This document shows, in pieces, positions 15,501-31,033 of a stretch of 64,000 bases of DNA. The DNA is from Octopus vulgaris (lineage: Eukaryota): positions 64,418,001 through 64,482,000 of the forward strand of contig OX597818.1 of the NCBI GenBank assembly GCA_951406725.2. The letters are read 5' to 3'. The position numbers were made by a program, and so were the translations under genes. Under the pieces are notes generated by a model that saw only the letters and a list, made by a program, of their open reading frames with translations, did no database searches and was not told the DNA's origin. Every line of letters begins with the position of its first letter. The stretch's first letter is position 1.

Positions 15501-16678
15501 TTTTTAAAAATCTAACCTTCTTCAATAAAAAACCTATTGTGATAGACCATGGTGTATGACGATTAAAACTCGATACTTAAGCGAGAACTTCAAAAGATTC
15601 TACAGTCTATCGATTATTACTCTTCAGTATTGAGTGGCATAAGCAAAGTTTAGAGCTTATTATCTTTAACTAATGTCTTAAGTGAACATTTTTTCGGCAG
15701 GACAATTTCATATAATTTTGTAGTATGTTTCCTTTAATATTGCATTAACAATTTTAAAATGTATTTGTATATATCCATGTCTTGTTCAGTGGACGCAATG
15801 AGGAGCAAAATACTTTGGAGACACTTGATAAACTGTTCTTCAGGTATTAGAAAATATGTGAATTTATGAAGATACATTGATCCTTGAAATGAAATGGTGA
15901 GCAATTATAATTTCTTTGAAACAACTATCCATATATATTCTACATTAGAATTTCAATAATTCACTTTCGTATGAAGAATATCAAAAATTGGGATTCTTCA
16001 TTTGCGTAGTTCTGAATATTCCAGTTCGAATAAACCACAGTTTATCGATAGATTTAGCTAGTCTGACTACGTCAATCAAAGTATTTTGTGAATTCCATTT
16101 AAACCTAAAATAATGTCCATATTGCTAAATAGATCTTTGCCGTACTGCGTGATTGATGGTGCCATGGACAGCTTATTTGGTATTCCGTTCGTGAGCATAA
16201 TTCATCTATTAAATTAGAATTCGTGACCCCAATCGGATATAATTATTTGCTCCCTGGTTTCGAAAAGAAAAAGAAAAAAAAAACAGAAACATAATAATCA
16301 ACGATCAGCTGTATGACTTCTCTATCTGTCACCGAGATTAAAATCTTTAATTACGATATCACGCACATTTCTCTAATGACGAATTCATTCCATAAAATTT
16401 AAAGAGAATTTTCAAGTTATGTGTTCTACTGTTGCGAACACAAGTACTAGTCATTACCTGTTCTGCCAAATGAGTTTAGCATATATAATGATGATAAGCT
16501 ATTTACCTTTCGCAAAAGAGTTGAACATAATCTGCGGCTTAAAATTCTTATAGTCAATCCTACAAAAAATATTGTTTCCAGCAGAAAGAAATTTACCTGC
16601 AAACGAATACAAAAGCACAATTACCGACACAGATTTCGTACGAATATACGTTAACCCATAGAAGAGAACAGACACATT

Positions 16679-17112
16679 TTCGGTTTGAACGGCAGTTTTT
16701 CCTAGCGGTGTCATATGAAATTGTCACCCATAATTATGACCCTAGTATCGTTCTATTGCATTTCAATCTGTTTTAGGGTTAGTGTTAGTTAGGGTTAGTT
16801 TGGTTTAGGGTTAGGGGTTGGGGGAAGGGTATCTTTTTTCTTCAGAAATGTAAATGAACACAATCTGTTTCTTAAACGGGGGACATATTCATACGGCACA
16901 GAATGTTTTCACCTCAATAGACGTCATTGATTGGTTGAAATTGCAGAAATTGAAGGGAATAACAACAAATATCTTACAAACTATAGAATTTTCTCAATAA
17001 AGCCTAGAGAAAAAGATGTTTTATATACACATTCTACCAGTATACGAAGTTTAAAAGTGTTTAGTTACGTGGAAATTATTTTAAAAACTGCCTTTCAAAC
17101 CGAAGAGATCCC
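16679..17112. mobile_element. MITE with about 28-bp TIRs and internal TTAGGG-like repeats (copy 1, left tip eroded)
   Basis: TTCGGTTTGAACGGCAGTTTT ... AAAACTGCCTTTCAAACCGAAGAGATCCC; second copy at 20251-20618. Confidence 0.85.
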
Positions 17113-18994
17113 ATTTCTATTCTATATTAAAAAAATTAGAATGAAATAATTAGTAATGAGCTCGTTTCAATATGTTTGAAAATACATTAGTGGGTTTTCT
17201 TACTAAATAAAATTTTTTATGACACGTCTTCTCCCAAATTATTCTACAATCGTATGTTTCAAATCACAACCTCATACACAGATACACAAACGCACACACT
17301 CATACACACACACGCACGCATGAACACGCACACGCACACACATACACTCACATACGGCATAAGATAATTCTACCGAGGTTTACTTTCGTTGATCGTTGAC
17401 AGTTCTCGTCTCTGAAAGGAAACTTTCTGGTGATATATACTGAACATAGATAATTAAGAAATTAATTATTATTGTTCTTTACTTCAGAAATGAAATTCAT
17501 ATAACTGTAATAATGCATGTGAATCCTGCTGGCGTTCTTTCAAAAATATTTGTTCAAAATAACAGTCTTCTATATTACGGAGTCTGCATGGATTATATTT
17601 GAAAATGTCTTATCAGAAATTACGATTATTCAGCATCGCTACACATGTATAATTGAGATCTTGGCATTTTCTTTAATTGCAACTCGTTTTTCTGTCATAG
17701 TGCTTTGGGATTTCATTGTGTAACTTTAAGTTCTGAAATGTAATATTTGTATAAACATAGAATGTTGAAGTACAACGGATTATTTATCGAAAATGCGTAA
17801 CGATGCTAAAATAAAATGCTAGAGATAATTTTGAGCAACCAATACTAGACCAAAAATCCACCTTCCAGTAATTTATTCGATGTAACAATTTTCAGGGACC
17901 TTCTTAAGTACATGCACGCATATAATTTGTTGTGAAATCAGTAACATTAATGTAACATTAATCATTTACAAGTGGGTAGATTTTTGCAATGCGCTGCATT
18001 TATTAAAATAAGTCACTTTAACCGGTTGGTTCGTAATTTAGCTAATAAAAATATATGATCCGCAAAATATAAATGAATCCTGATGTAAAAAAAAAATGCG
18101 CGTGTAATTTTATAAGAAACATACAATTTAAGCTCTTTTCCTACTAATACAGGGAATGCTAATCATCGTCCGCAGATACTGAACGTCTTATTCGTCGAAG
18201 GCCACACAATCAGAGGAAAGAAGTATTGGCTGTATTTATGTGAATGTAATCGATATTGGTTTAAATTTGAAAATAATAATTTACGCTGATTATTATTTGA
18301 ACATTGAAATGTACTTTCCTGCATTTTCCTTCAAACATCTCCAAAAGTAATTAAAATTCTGAGTTTGAAAGAAATAAGAAAATAAACCAGTCAGGTCACT
18401 TATCATTCATATATGAATTCGTAATAACCCAACTGGTGATATTTGTCAGGCATTCTATGGTCATTAATAAATTATATCTGAAATGTGCTTCTAAGTAAAG
18501 TAACTACCATTTGGAGATGATACACTATTATTCTAACAGTTACGATTTAAAGTTCAAAGAAACGATGAAATATTACTTATATGAGACGGAAACCGCATTT
18601 CAATAACCACACATTTTTCAATGAGCTTAGACATGAAGCAGTTGTACGTTTGGTACAGAGGCACACAGGCATAATTCCAAATTTATTCGAATTACGAATA
18701 TTGATTTGAAACTTTATGGTATTAGAATTATCCTCTCAGACACTGGGACACATTGAATGTAACTATTTATTTTCTAATTACGCACATTAATAAATGCATA
18801 ATGCGAAGAAGAGAAAACTGTAAATCTAACATAAACTACAAAACAAAATGAAATAAAACAGCATTTCATATGTGTGTGTGTGTGTGCATGTAATTCTTTC
18901 TCTCTATCTCTCTCAATATATATATATTTATATATATATATACACACACATATATACATACAAGCACACATACATAGTCTGTATATATAAATAT

Positions 18995-19275
<281 letters not shown>

Positions 19276-19316
19276 ATATATATATATACGTATATATATA
19301 TAGAGAGAGAGGGAGT

Positions 19317-19348
<32 letters not shown>

Positions 19349-19395
19349 CATACAAATAAATATATAGATTGACAGACCACTAAGTATATATATAT

Positions 19396-19450
<55 letters not shown>

Positions 19451-20144
19451 CATATATATTTATACATGTATATATATATATATATATATGGATAGATAGA
19501 TGCCGAAAAGTTAATGTCTACTGCATCTAAGCTAGAGTTAGAACGTATGGACTGGAATCGATTTGCACTCAACATGTATAACTAGGATTAATTGTTATTT
19601 CGAAACTTTGAAATTAAAATGATATCATTTAAGATGTGCTATAAATGCGTTATTAATAAAATCCAGTCGCCGTAAAATCTGATCAATATCGTTTTCTTCC
19701 GGTTATTATTCCCTGGAGAAATTAATTAGTTATATCTCAACTCTGTGAAGAATCGATGATGTTTTACTATGTTCCAAATGTTAATGAAATTCGGTCCTAA
19801 CAATGATTTCTTTATCAGTTAAAGAGACATTGAGACGTCTCCATATTTGGAAAGACCTATCATTGCGAAGCAAATAAACACATAAATATAATTTATGTTA
19901 TCGCTTAGCAAAGTTTAATATTGGTATTATCGCCTTTAATAGATAAAGTTACAAATGCTAAATTTGCGTAATGTATCTACAATTATGATGTAACAGATAT
20001 TAATACGTTAGAAGTCCTTATGAAGAAACTTTACGTAACACGCCAATTATTTAATTCACTCGCTTCTGGAATGAAATTAAGATAGTTCTATTTGATTTCT
20101 AATGAGTACTGTAAGCTATCTTTAAACGCTAAATTACTCAGTTG

Positions 20145-20866
20145 TTGCGACGATGAGGTTTCTAGTTGATCGGATCAACGGAACAGCCTGCTCGTGAAAT
20201 TAACGTGCAAGAGAATGAGTACTCCAGACACACGTGTATACTTAACGAAAGGGATCTATTCGGTTTGAACGGCAGTTTTTTCTAGCAGTGTCATATGAAA
20301 TTGTCACCCATAATTATGACCCTAGAATCGATCTATTGCATTTCAAGCTCTTTTAAGTTTAGGGTTAGTTGGGGTTAGCGGTGGGGGGAGAGTATCTTCT
20401 TTTCTTCACAAATGTAGATAAACCCAATCACTGATTGGTTAATATTGCAGAAATTGAAGAAAAAAGACAACACATATCTTACAAATTATAGAATGTTCTC
20501 AATAAAGCCAAGAGAAAAAGATGTTTTATAAACACATTCAACCAGTATAGGAAGTTTAACATTTTTTTAGTTAACCTAGAAATTATACTAAAAACTGACG
20601 TTCAAACCGAAAAGATCCTAGCGTAGTTCTCGGGGAGATTCAGCGTGAAACAGAATGTGACAAGAAACAGGAAGAACATGGCAGAAGCAGAAAGTGTGAG
20701 AGTTTTGGTGAAAGATTACAGCAGAGTTCGCCACCACTCCCTGCCGGAGCCTCATGGAGCTATGAGGTGTTTTCGCACAATAAACACTCACAACATCCAG
20801 ACTGGGAAGCGAAACCACGATTCTACGACGGCGAGTCCACTGTCCTAACCACTGGGCCACTGCGCC
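20145..20866 (-). mobile_element. SINE family B interrupted by a MITE
   Basis: Colinear with 53687-54042 once 20251-20618 is removed. Confidence 0.85.
20251..20618. mobile_element. MITE copy 2, nested in a SINE, probable 8-bp target duplication
   Basis: TIRs GGGATCTATTCGGTTTGAACGGCAGTTTT / AAAACTGACGTTCAAACCGAAAAGATCC; flanks TAACGAAA / TAGCGTAG. Confidence 0.85.
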
Positions 20867-21110
20867 TCTAAAATTCTGATGCGCTAGTTTATATGTAATA
20901 TATATGATATATAATTTGTATGGATGAACTAACATTCAACATTTCTAAGCTACGAAAGTACGCAAAGCTCTTAGAAAAACCCGATTTCAGTTTCCTTTAA
21001 AATTTCTTTTGTGGAAACCCTCAAAGAAAATATTTTTTCAGTAAAAAATTCTTGGACATGAAAAACCATGTCCTTTGTAATATTTTATTTATCTCAAATT
21101 TCATTTCAGA

Positions 21111-21188
<78 letters not shown>

Positions 21189-21192
21189 TATA

Positions 21193-21550
21193 GGCGTAGG
21201 AGTGGGTGTGTGTTAAGTAGCGTGCTTAAGAATGACATGGCTCTAGGTTCAGGCAAGTGTCTTCTACTATAGCCTCGAGCCGACCAAAGCCTTGTGAGTG
21301 GATTTCGTAGACGGAAACTGAAAGAAGCCTGTCGTATATATGTATATATATATGTGTGTGTCTGTGTTTGCCCCCCGCCCCAACATCGCTTGACACCGAT
21401 GCTAGTGTGTTAACGTCACTGTAACTTAGCGGTTCGGCAAAAGAACCCGAAAAATAAGTACTAGGCTTACAAAGAATAAATCCCGGTGTCGATTTGCTCG
21501 ACTAAAGGCGGTGCTCTATCATGGCCACAGTCACATGACTGAAAAAAGTA
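21193..21550 (+). mobile_element. SINE family A
   Basis: Colinear with 4123-4615. Confidence 0.88.
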
Positions 21551-21635
21551 TAATATATATACGCATATATGTATATATATTTATGTATGTATATCTATGT
21601 GTGTGTATAAATGTAAATACATCTACATACACACA

Positions 21636-21722
<87 letters not shown>

Positions 21723-21853
21723 GTGCACAGGCATACATGAATGAATAAAGGTTAGCTTTAACGTCCCTATTCTTATAATATACGTATGTTTGTGTGTGTG
21801 TGTATACATGTACGTATATTTATATAATCTCTGTATCTCTCCCTCTGTGTATA

Positions 21854-21887
<34 letters not shown>

Positions 21888-21902
21888 CATATATATATAT
21901 AC

Positions 21903-21933
<31 letters not shown>

Positions 21934-23279
21934 CATATATATATATACATATATAAACGGGGCAAGAACGCAAAGATTCAGACAGATGATACAAAAAAGG
22001 TACAAGAAAAAAACAAGGGCGGATCTTTCGGGGTTTTCCTTCCTCAGTCGAGTTCCGTCTTAGAAAAGTTGGATACCTTAACGTATAACTGTCATATTTG
22101 GTGAAAACAGCTTTATACTCGATCATTCGTTTCGAAAGAAGCTTTTCAATATTGATCACTCAAATATACTTTCTAAAATTGCACTAGAAATATATATTCT
22201 ATAAAATACTGTAATCATTTTTGGGGAAAATATAATTTTTTATTTTATTTGTAAACGCCTTTTTATATATCTTCTCTGTGTTTCTATTCACTCTATGTTG
22301 ATTTATTTATCTATAATAAATATATTTTCTGCATAGTATTAGCAATTATGAAGAGCGATGTTAAAATATAAACTTTAAAAAAAAATACCTTTATAGAAAG
22401 AAAACACGAGAGAACTTTATTAATATAATATTTATAGAGATACAAAAATTCGAATATCATTTTCGAATTTGATTCTCACCAATTCTATGAAGAAGTCAGT
22501 GAAATTTTTTTGCTAGTCGGCAGTTAACATTATCGAAACTAATTTACCACAATAATTTTGGTTTATGTGGTGCATATATGCATTGATAGGCATATAGAAA
22601 ATAACATCAATTCTTCCTGAAACACGTATTTACGATTTCCTTTAAATTTAGAAGTCATTTCCCCAGATACGGTCGCATTACAGCGTTTAGGTCTTACGTC
22701 AAAATAAATTAACAACATCGTATGACATTGAAATAAATGCAGGCGTTTTAAATAAATGGTTATTGCTATTATGAATTGTTTAACTTGTGGTAATATTTTT
22801 TTAATATTTATAATAGCATCGTCATATTCCTTACACGCACATCATGAGTGGAAATATAATTATCTTTCTACTAAAATTTACTCACACGTAGCATATTCCA
22901 GAGCCTGACACTAATTCAGTTTTTATCCAAACTGAAAACTGCTAACCTTTTTTAAGATGATCGACACCGAGCTACATTTTGGAATACTAAATTGAGAAAA
23001 AGGTTTACCTCAAAATTTATAGTAAAATTATTGGAGAGTAAGTAACGTAACCAATCAAGTTTAAATCAAAATAGCTTTTTTTTTTTTCATTTTAAAGCAG
23101 AATATATTCATCTCAGCATCAATATTATAAGAAAGCATGAAGAATTACATAGTTTTGGTCCCATGAATAAAAAATTTCTATCAGAAATGTTGTGTGGTAA
23201 AATATGGAAAAAACATGAGGCACAAAGCTGGACATAAGTATAATTAACTTTTTACACACGCATGCGCACCTTTGTTTTG

Positions 23280-23548
23280 GCATCACCACTACTTCAATAT
23301 CTCCTCTTCTTCCTAGCCCATCTGTCTGACCAAATCCGTCCAGCCATCGGATCGATTGGTAGCCACTAAAGCTTTTTTTATCCACTCTTTGCTTATTTTC
23401 TCATGTTCCTTTCTGTTGAAGAGCGCAAGCTCGAAATGCAAAAGAATTTCTCACCTTCACGAGCGTTAAACTAAAACACCGGTTAGTTGCTTATACACCT
23501 CTCTTCGTCTTTTCACAATTTTTCTTACTTTTTTGTAAATTACAACTT
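23280..23548 (+). mobile_element. Hammerhead-bearing repeat, family H (copy 2)
   Basis: CUUU-CUGUUGA-A-GAGC-GCAA-GCUC-GAAAUGCA-AAAG at 23409-23444; 3' end abuts (TA)n. Confidence 0.7.
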
Positions 23549-23579
23549 TATATATATATATGTATATATATATATAATA

Positions 23580-23960
23580 GGCATGGGAGTGGCTGTGTGG
23601 TAAGTAGCTTGCTTAACAACCACATGGTTCCGGGTTCAGTCCCACTGCGTGGCATCTTGGGCAAGTGTCTTCTGCGATAGCCTCGGGCCGACCAAAGCCT
23701 TCTGAGTGGATTTGGTAGACGGAAACTGAAAGAAGCCCGTCGTATATATGAATATATATATATATGTTTGTCACCAAACATCGTTTGATAATCGATACTG
23801 GTGTGTGCACGTCCCTGTAACTTAGCGGTTCGGCAAAATAAACCGATATAGAATAAGTGCTAGGCGTACAAAGAATAAGTCCTATGGTCGAATTGCTCGA
23901 CTAAATGCGGTGTTCTAGCATGTCCACATTCAAATGACTGAAAAAGTAAAAGAGTAAAAG
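23580..23960 (+). mobile_element. SINE family A
   Basis: Colinear with 4123-4615. Confidence 0.9.
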
Positions 23961-24045
<85 letters not shown>

Positions 24046-25919
24046 CGAAAATCAACATTTTATAGCTACGTAAAGACAAAGGCCGAAAGTTTTTAGATTT
24101 TGCATCTAAGTTGCCATAGCGTTGATAATTAATAACGAAAAGTTTTTAAAATTTCATTATATTTCTAACTCATTCATATTATGCGTCTGCAAATCTCTGC
24201 CACTTAGCACACATTATTATTACATTAGTATAATGTTTCGTTAAAATCAATATACGCATTAATGATACGGTTGATGAAACTCTTCTATGTTTTTGAGTTT
24301 CCTGTATGTTGTAAGTATGAATTATATTTACATCGTATATGATTTTTCTTCATTTTCTTCAACTGACTTATTTCTGTTTCATAAATATTTTCATGAAATA
24401 CGAATACCAAATTGTGCATGTGCACTGGCCATTGAATTACTCTCTGTTATTTTATTGTTTATAACCAGTAAGTCCGTGTCTCTAATTTTCCTCAATTCCT
24501 ATTATAAACTATTATTTACGAAATATTATGCAGATCACATACACGTAACAATTTTGATATGGTCATTTTGTATGTAACGGTAGCAACAATTTTGAATAAA
24601 CGTTGTGTTTATATAATTACATTCTAAAAACGCCTTCATTAAAAAGAAAACCTCTTTCTCCACTCACATTGTCGATCATGAAATGAACATTTTATTTATG
24701 TAAATGAATATATTATCAGAGACGATATCAATGGAAATAACGTGTGGTCTAAGGCATTTGCTTGATTAGATTCCATGCAATTATTCTTGGAGGAAATTAA
24801 CTGTAGAATACTAAAGCAAATAACCAAAGATATGACTAAAACTTATTCCTTGTTTGAAATGAATATTTATTACCGGACGTTATTATGCTAACATGAAAAG
24901 ATCCAAAAATTAATACAAGAGAAACTATTTCTCTCCTCTACTCAGACTTTTCATATTTTATTACTCATTTATTCTATGAATAATTTAAAATTTGTTGATG
25001 GGAAAGAAATTTTATGAAATTTGTGAAAGCAAATTTGTATAGCTAGTATTTTTGTTCAACTTCCACAAAGGCGTCAAAATTTGCATATAATCATCGACCA
25101 GCATGAAGTATGTCATAATGTTAAGTCAATTGAAGCAAATGCTTGTATGTGGACATGACATTATTATAGGACTTATTCAAATATATTCTACCAAATAAGT
25201 TTAAACGTTGCCTGCATTTATCACCTAAGTGGCAATAAAAACATAATACTATTGCATACAGCAGGTTCGCTATATCTATAAAGCGTTCATATCTAAAATT
25301 ACATTAATATGAAGATATGGAGCAGTGAATATTGTTTATAGGTATATAAATATTGCTGCTATAAAGTAAGATATTAAAATGAAGCATATATGGATTCCTG
25401 ATATACAGTTGAGATTAGAAGGTAGTAAGAAATGGCTGGAAGTATTTGTGGATCTCTTCTATTCATCTTTATAGATTGCATAAAAAGAAATGAAGTACTT
25501 ACACTAACGATTGCAGTTTATCCCTGCTTGTAGCATTACGTGTAGTAAATATATAAATTTCAATAATATAGTCTAACCATTGCCGGTCCAAGTACTTTCC
25601 ACTCAAATTGTATTCCGACATGTAAATTGATATTGTTTATATTCACTGCATACACATACCACAGATAGTGCATGGTATATTTCACATCACGTACCCTACA
25701 TTCTGCTTCTAATTTTCTTTCAGGGCCTTCTATCTGCACAACGGTACGTTATACTTTACTATAATATATATGTATATATCAATATGAACCACGAAGAAGA
25801 TTACTATGACGCTATGCATATTAGGTTACTTACGAGAGCTTTAAACATCTCAAGGAATGGACCTACTGACAAAAGCAGAGATTTAGGAACACATCGCACT
25901 CATCTCCATTTATATACCT

Positions 25920-26146
25920 ATTTCTTTACTGCCCACAAGGTGCTAAACATAGAGCGGACAAACAAGTACAGACAAACGGATCAAGTCGATTACATCGACC
26001 CAGTGCGTGACTGGTACTTAATTTATCGATCCCGGAAGGATGAAAGGCAAAGTCTACCTCGGCGGAATTTGAACTCAGAACGTAAAGGGAAACGAAATAC
26101 GGCTATGCATTTCGTCCGGCGTGCTAACGTTTCTGCCAGCTCGCCC
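25920..26146 (-). mobile_element. tRNA-derived SINE family C with 16-bp target-site duplication
   Basis: Perfect TSD CTCCATTTATATACCT at 25904-25919 and 26147-26162; head GAGCTGGCAGAAACGTTAGC...GAGTTCAAATTC. Confidence 0.92.
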
Positions 26147-28471
26147 CTCCATTTATATACCTTAACGCAGAATAGAAGGTGCAGAAGACTCCAATTATGC
26201 TGAATAGCAGGCTTATACTTCAAATATATTTTTTATGGGATGCCTTATAGTTTAGAATTACCACGGAGGACAAAGAACATACAATTGCTTCGATGAATAT
26301 AATAGAGACATGAAACATTAAATTAAAGCTCTATAAGAGGCAATAGGAGACAGCAGTTCCTAAGGATGCCCTGTAAAGAGAATCTGTGATGAGGTGGTTG
26401 GAAGAAGCATTCGTATTTTCTAGGAGGATACTGTGATCAAGTTCTACTTTGTAGGAACAGTAGATATTAGCGTAAGATTTTATAAGATTTGCTTTATGCG
26501 TATCATTCTCTCTCAAGGCGTCGAATGATTTTCTTCAAATCACTGTTGTGACTATATTGAAACTACAGCGCCTATCATTTATATGCAGTACCCAATAATT
26601 TGAATGTTAATGACAATTCCAAGCGAGTAGTTGACAAGGTCAACATGATTTTGATTCCTATGATATACTTTCATAGCCTTTCTTGGCAAAGGTACAGTTG
26701 CGATAAATATTCTTTCACGCTACGGGAGGGTTTCATAATCTGGATTAGCGTGACAGAATAGCAGGGAGTTTGAGCAAAATATATTGTGCAGTAAGGTTAT
26801 CTTAAAAGGAAAGCTTCCCAACTTTTAATTCTGAAATCAATATCAGTAACGAATGTGTCCGTGTATATACTTGGAAATGAATTTGAAATGAAATATATTG
26901 ATATTTGCTTGCGTAGAAAATGCGTTCTATGACATAGCAACGTGTAACAGTCATTTGTAAGTAACGTTTTAGGATGTACGATTGGGCAGAGAAAGAATGT
27001 GGAATATGGAGAAATATAACGCTTAATGCTGTAGAAGTGGTGTTTTGACAAGGAAAAGCAGTATCCACAGATTTGATATGGAAAGGAGCAGTCAACCGTT
27101 TTTGAGGAGCAAGAACTTGATTCAGTTTTGTCGCCAACAAAATTTAGAAAAGTAATGTAATATGAGAATCCGAACAGGATTGTATGGACGTTATACGACA
27201 CTGTTATGCTGCTAGGGTTAGTAAACACCTACGTTCTGAAATATCCTCTCAACCTCTCCAGTCCTTTGATGCATACACGAGAAGAGGATACAAACGTCGA
27301 TACATGTACTCTCGCAACAAACGCGAATAATATACCCGAAATCGTATCTTTAACAAATCGCAATAACCGCGGGTCTTCGCACTTTTGAAACAGTGGAGTA
27401 CAGAAGAAAATATATGAAACGGAAACATCTGCAGAAGTGGGGATTGGAAATGCTTCTAAAGGGTAAATGAAACTTAACACCCACGCAACGTTTGCCACAA
27501 TGTCGAATACGCTGTTTGTATCGTGCTTCTTACAGAATTTATGCGTACTGACTAGGTTTCTTTCTGTAATACTATTAATTGTCCATAGCAACGGATACTA
27601 TATCGGAAGCCATAAGAGCGTGAACTGGTATTTACACATACAGAGACCATTCGGAAATGCAGCTGGTACAGTGGTCAAGCTACGAAAAGTGCTTGAGTCG
27701 GTCGAGACAGAGCAGCTGGGCGTCTTAAAATATTTATAGACTGTGTTTCTGTAAAATTCAGTGTTAAAGAATTTGGGTATCATATTTAGTAAATAGAGTA
27801 CTAAAGAAACATTTTGCATTGGGAAATTTACTGAATTCGGATAGAAATTGATGCGTTTGCTATGATTAGTGATACTAAACATAACTCCCGTAGGTAACTT
27901 CATAGATAAAAGGATTGCCCTCATTAGTCGCCTATATTGCAATTATTGTGGTATCACAAATGTGGCTTGAATATTGAGACATGTATTTTCTTCTATAATA
28001 TTTCGCTGTTATATCATACCGTGTTTCAATACATATAAATGTAATAACTGCATACCTATTTCATCTTGATGCAAACAAACTAATATCACAGGAGAACAAG
28101 CCTGAACATAATAACGTCTGCTGAGTTTGATTTTGCTCTTGGTTTAGGCAAAAATTGGCTCATTTTACCACGTCGGAATATTTTGTACAGCTTAATCACT
28201 CAAGAAGCACAACTGTATTGTTTGTCTATAAGCAATAGGGCTAGTCATTAGCTTTCATTACTTTATTGATATCACTGGGGATCATTTTAGTAAATATTTC
28301 TAGTTTTTTTTTCCTTTTTTAAAAATTATCCACAACTAATTTGATGGAGCTGTGTTCAGAATTGCCCTCACGAAATTTTTATCATATGAAGTTACTTCGC
28401 TAAAAAGGAATCATTTTTTACCATCAAACTTTTAATTTTGCTATAAAATGCTTTAATTATATAAACTAATA

Positions 28472-28713
28472 TTGGGTTGGTGCATAATTATTGCGGATTT
28501 ATTTCCAGCAAATTTTATTCAGTAAAAACAATAACAATATTTAATAAAAACATCTTTAAATGACTGTCTGACCGTCTGCCAAGTAAATGGGAAGCAATAG
28601 TTGAAGGGGATGGTGAATATGCTCCCGGAATAATCATTTAAAGATGCTTTTGTTATTGTTTTTGTTGAATAGAATTTGTTGAAGAAAAATGCAATAACTA
28701 TGCACCCAGCCAA
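28472..28713 (+). mobile_element. Internally deleted mariner (MITE-like)
   Basis: TA flanks; TIRs TTGGGTTGGTGCATAATTATTGC / GCAATAACTATGCACCCAGCCAA; retains the transposase C-terminus DRLPSKWEAIVEGDGEYAPE*. Confidence 0.85.
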
Positions 28714-29464
28714 TACAAACTAATCAGTACATATCTATTATCAAATATATTACACAAAATGTTTAATTACAATTTTTGGAAAATATTGCTTGCATCACGC
28801 CAGTCTCGTTGCAGAGAACAGCAGTAGCCAACCATCATATCTACGTTCCATTTGCCTTGATACCTAGACTCCATTGCTTCGGTAACTTGGTAAAATCAGT
28901 CCCCTTCCTCATCAGGTGTTGCCTTAGGATTTTCAGGAGAGCAGTTCTGATGAATATGCAGGAAATGCACTTTATTACTTATGTTGTACCCCATCGAACG
29001 AAAAATAAGACAAAACTTGAACCTTTCTGCTAAACCATTTGAAACTGTTATTGTCTCAATGTTTCCGAATTCGTTCAACACAATATATGGGATTTTCAGG
29101 TTTTCTCTTTCTCAGCAAAATTCCATACGAAAGTTAGCTAAGATTTCTTTACAAATTCTGGGATTTGGATTTTGTTTCGCTGCCTAGGTAATGTGTAACA
29201 CCTGAAAAATAATAGAATACTTCGGGACTGTTTTTTTTTTGCCCTTTCTCTTCCCACAACTGGCAATAATTCTGAAATACAAAAGCACATATTCAAGCCA
29301 GTTGTTACCTGGAACATGGGGCAAAGCATGTTCAAAATTGTCAGCAGTTATAAAGTAAGCAAATACAGATACATGGAGGCAAAATTCTTGAAAGAGTATA
29401 CATGACCTGAAGTTAATCCTACAGTTCATTAATTATGTTCCAGAAAATGTGACCTTGCTCTATA

Positions 29465-29505
<41 letters not shown>

Positions 29506-30802
29506 ATTGATATAATAAGGATGAAGTCAATATACCAATTTTCGTAAGTCATGTGTACTGGTGCAACAAAAAATAGGTCATGCGATTTCCAGTAATAGTC
29601 ACTCTAGATCAAATCGGGATTCATTGTATCTGCGGACAAATTCCACAAATATGACAGTTGTACGCTGTCAAGAACCACAGAAATCTGTTTATTAATTTCT
29701 TATTGCACAAAGAAATTTGTTTTGATTACTATATATTATTTTTTTATTCTGTTTCTGGATTAGTTCTTCCATTCCTTGAAAAAACCCACATCACATTTTC
29801 TTATTTAGCCACATACACCCTGCATTCTTTCACAGACGAGAAAATGAAATATTTCGGTGTCATTGCAGCCATTTGTGGACTAAGAAACATCATTCTCATC
29901 GTATCTATATTCAGCATCACGGTCTTATACATTATAATCACACATAATTTTCTTCATCATCAATATCGTTTTCTGTATTATCTAAAACAACCTCTATTTT
30001 GTTCTAGAAAGATCAATTTTCTAACGTGTCGCTAACTTCAGCATGCAACATCAATGGTCAGACGATATTCACTGCATGAAAACAACGTTATGTAAAACCT
30101 AAAACAGATAACATATTTCTCTTGTCGTAAACATGTCTAAATGTTCTTTATATTCTTAATCCATACTTTAATACGTTTTTGGCTTTTACATTATATTCAA
30201 TATATTATCTGAATTTATTCACAGTTAACCAGCATGACATGTTTCATATTTTACTGATAACTTAGTAACCTTTAATATTAATGCCAGATCACTCGGTTCT
30301 CTTGACAATAGATGTTAGTTTTTTTCTCTTTCAAATGTATTAAAGAAGATAAACATTTCACATTGCCGTGACATATCTTAGAACAACTTTCATTTCCACC
30401 ATTTTTTTTTTATTAAATATATATCACCATCCATTGTATTGATATAATTGCTTAGAGATATATCATGGAGAGATTATTATATTTTTTTATTAATACGTGG
30501 TTGTCTACCTTGATATCCACTAAAACATACAGTATAATATTATATTATGATAAATTTTAAACTTCGTTCATGTCGGTTCAGCCTTAATATTTGGTAGGGA
30601 AACGATACACTAGTTCTTAACGTTACCGTTTCTATTCCACTTCCAAGAAGATGGCCGTTCCCTTCAAAATTATTTTTAGCCGGATTTGTTAAGTGGAGGG
30701 ATTAAAAATCTTTTCAATGTAGGATAAAGATATTTCTTTCTCGATTGCCGATAAAATCATTATCATAAAAACAATGTAAATGTTAAATATATGCAACTTA
30801 GA

Positions 30803-31033
30803 AAGGCGGTCAGCTGGCAGAAACGTTAGCACGCTGAGCGAAATACTAAGCGGTATTTCGTCTGCCGCTACGTTCTGAGTTCAAATTCCGCCGAGGTCGA
30901 CTTTGTCATTCATCCTTTCGGGGTCGATAAATAAAGTAACAGTTACATACTGGGTCGATGTAATCGACTTAATCCCTTTGTCTGCCTTTGTTTGTCCACT
31001 CTATGTTTAGCCCCTTGTGGGCAATAAAGAAAT
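30803..31033 (+). mobile_element. SINE family C with target-site duplication
   Basis: Homologous to 25920-26146; TSD ATATATGCAACTTAGA / ATATATGCATCTTAGA. Confidence 0.9.

Noticed and set aside
16775-16830. Interstitial telomere or chromosome fusion site
   Set aside because: The repeats are short, degenerate and internal to a MITE present twice.
22021-22050. Minus-strand CUGAGGA-A-GG...CC-GAAA-GAUCC hammerhead-like motif near (TA)n
   Set aside because: No UH triplet in register and stem I does not pair; possibly a decayed member but unsupported alone.
26300-29450. Cluster of 60-140 aa ORFs in moderately complex sequence
   Set aside because: No recognisable motifs, consistent frame or convincing splice pattern; probably old decayed repeats.
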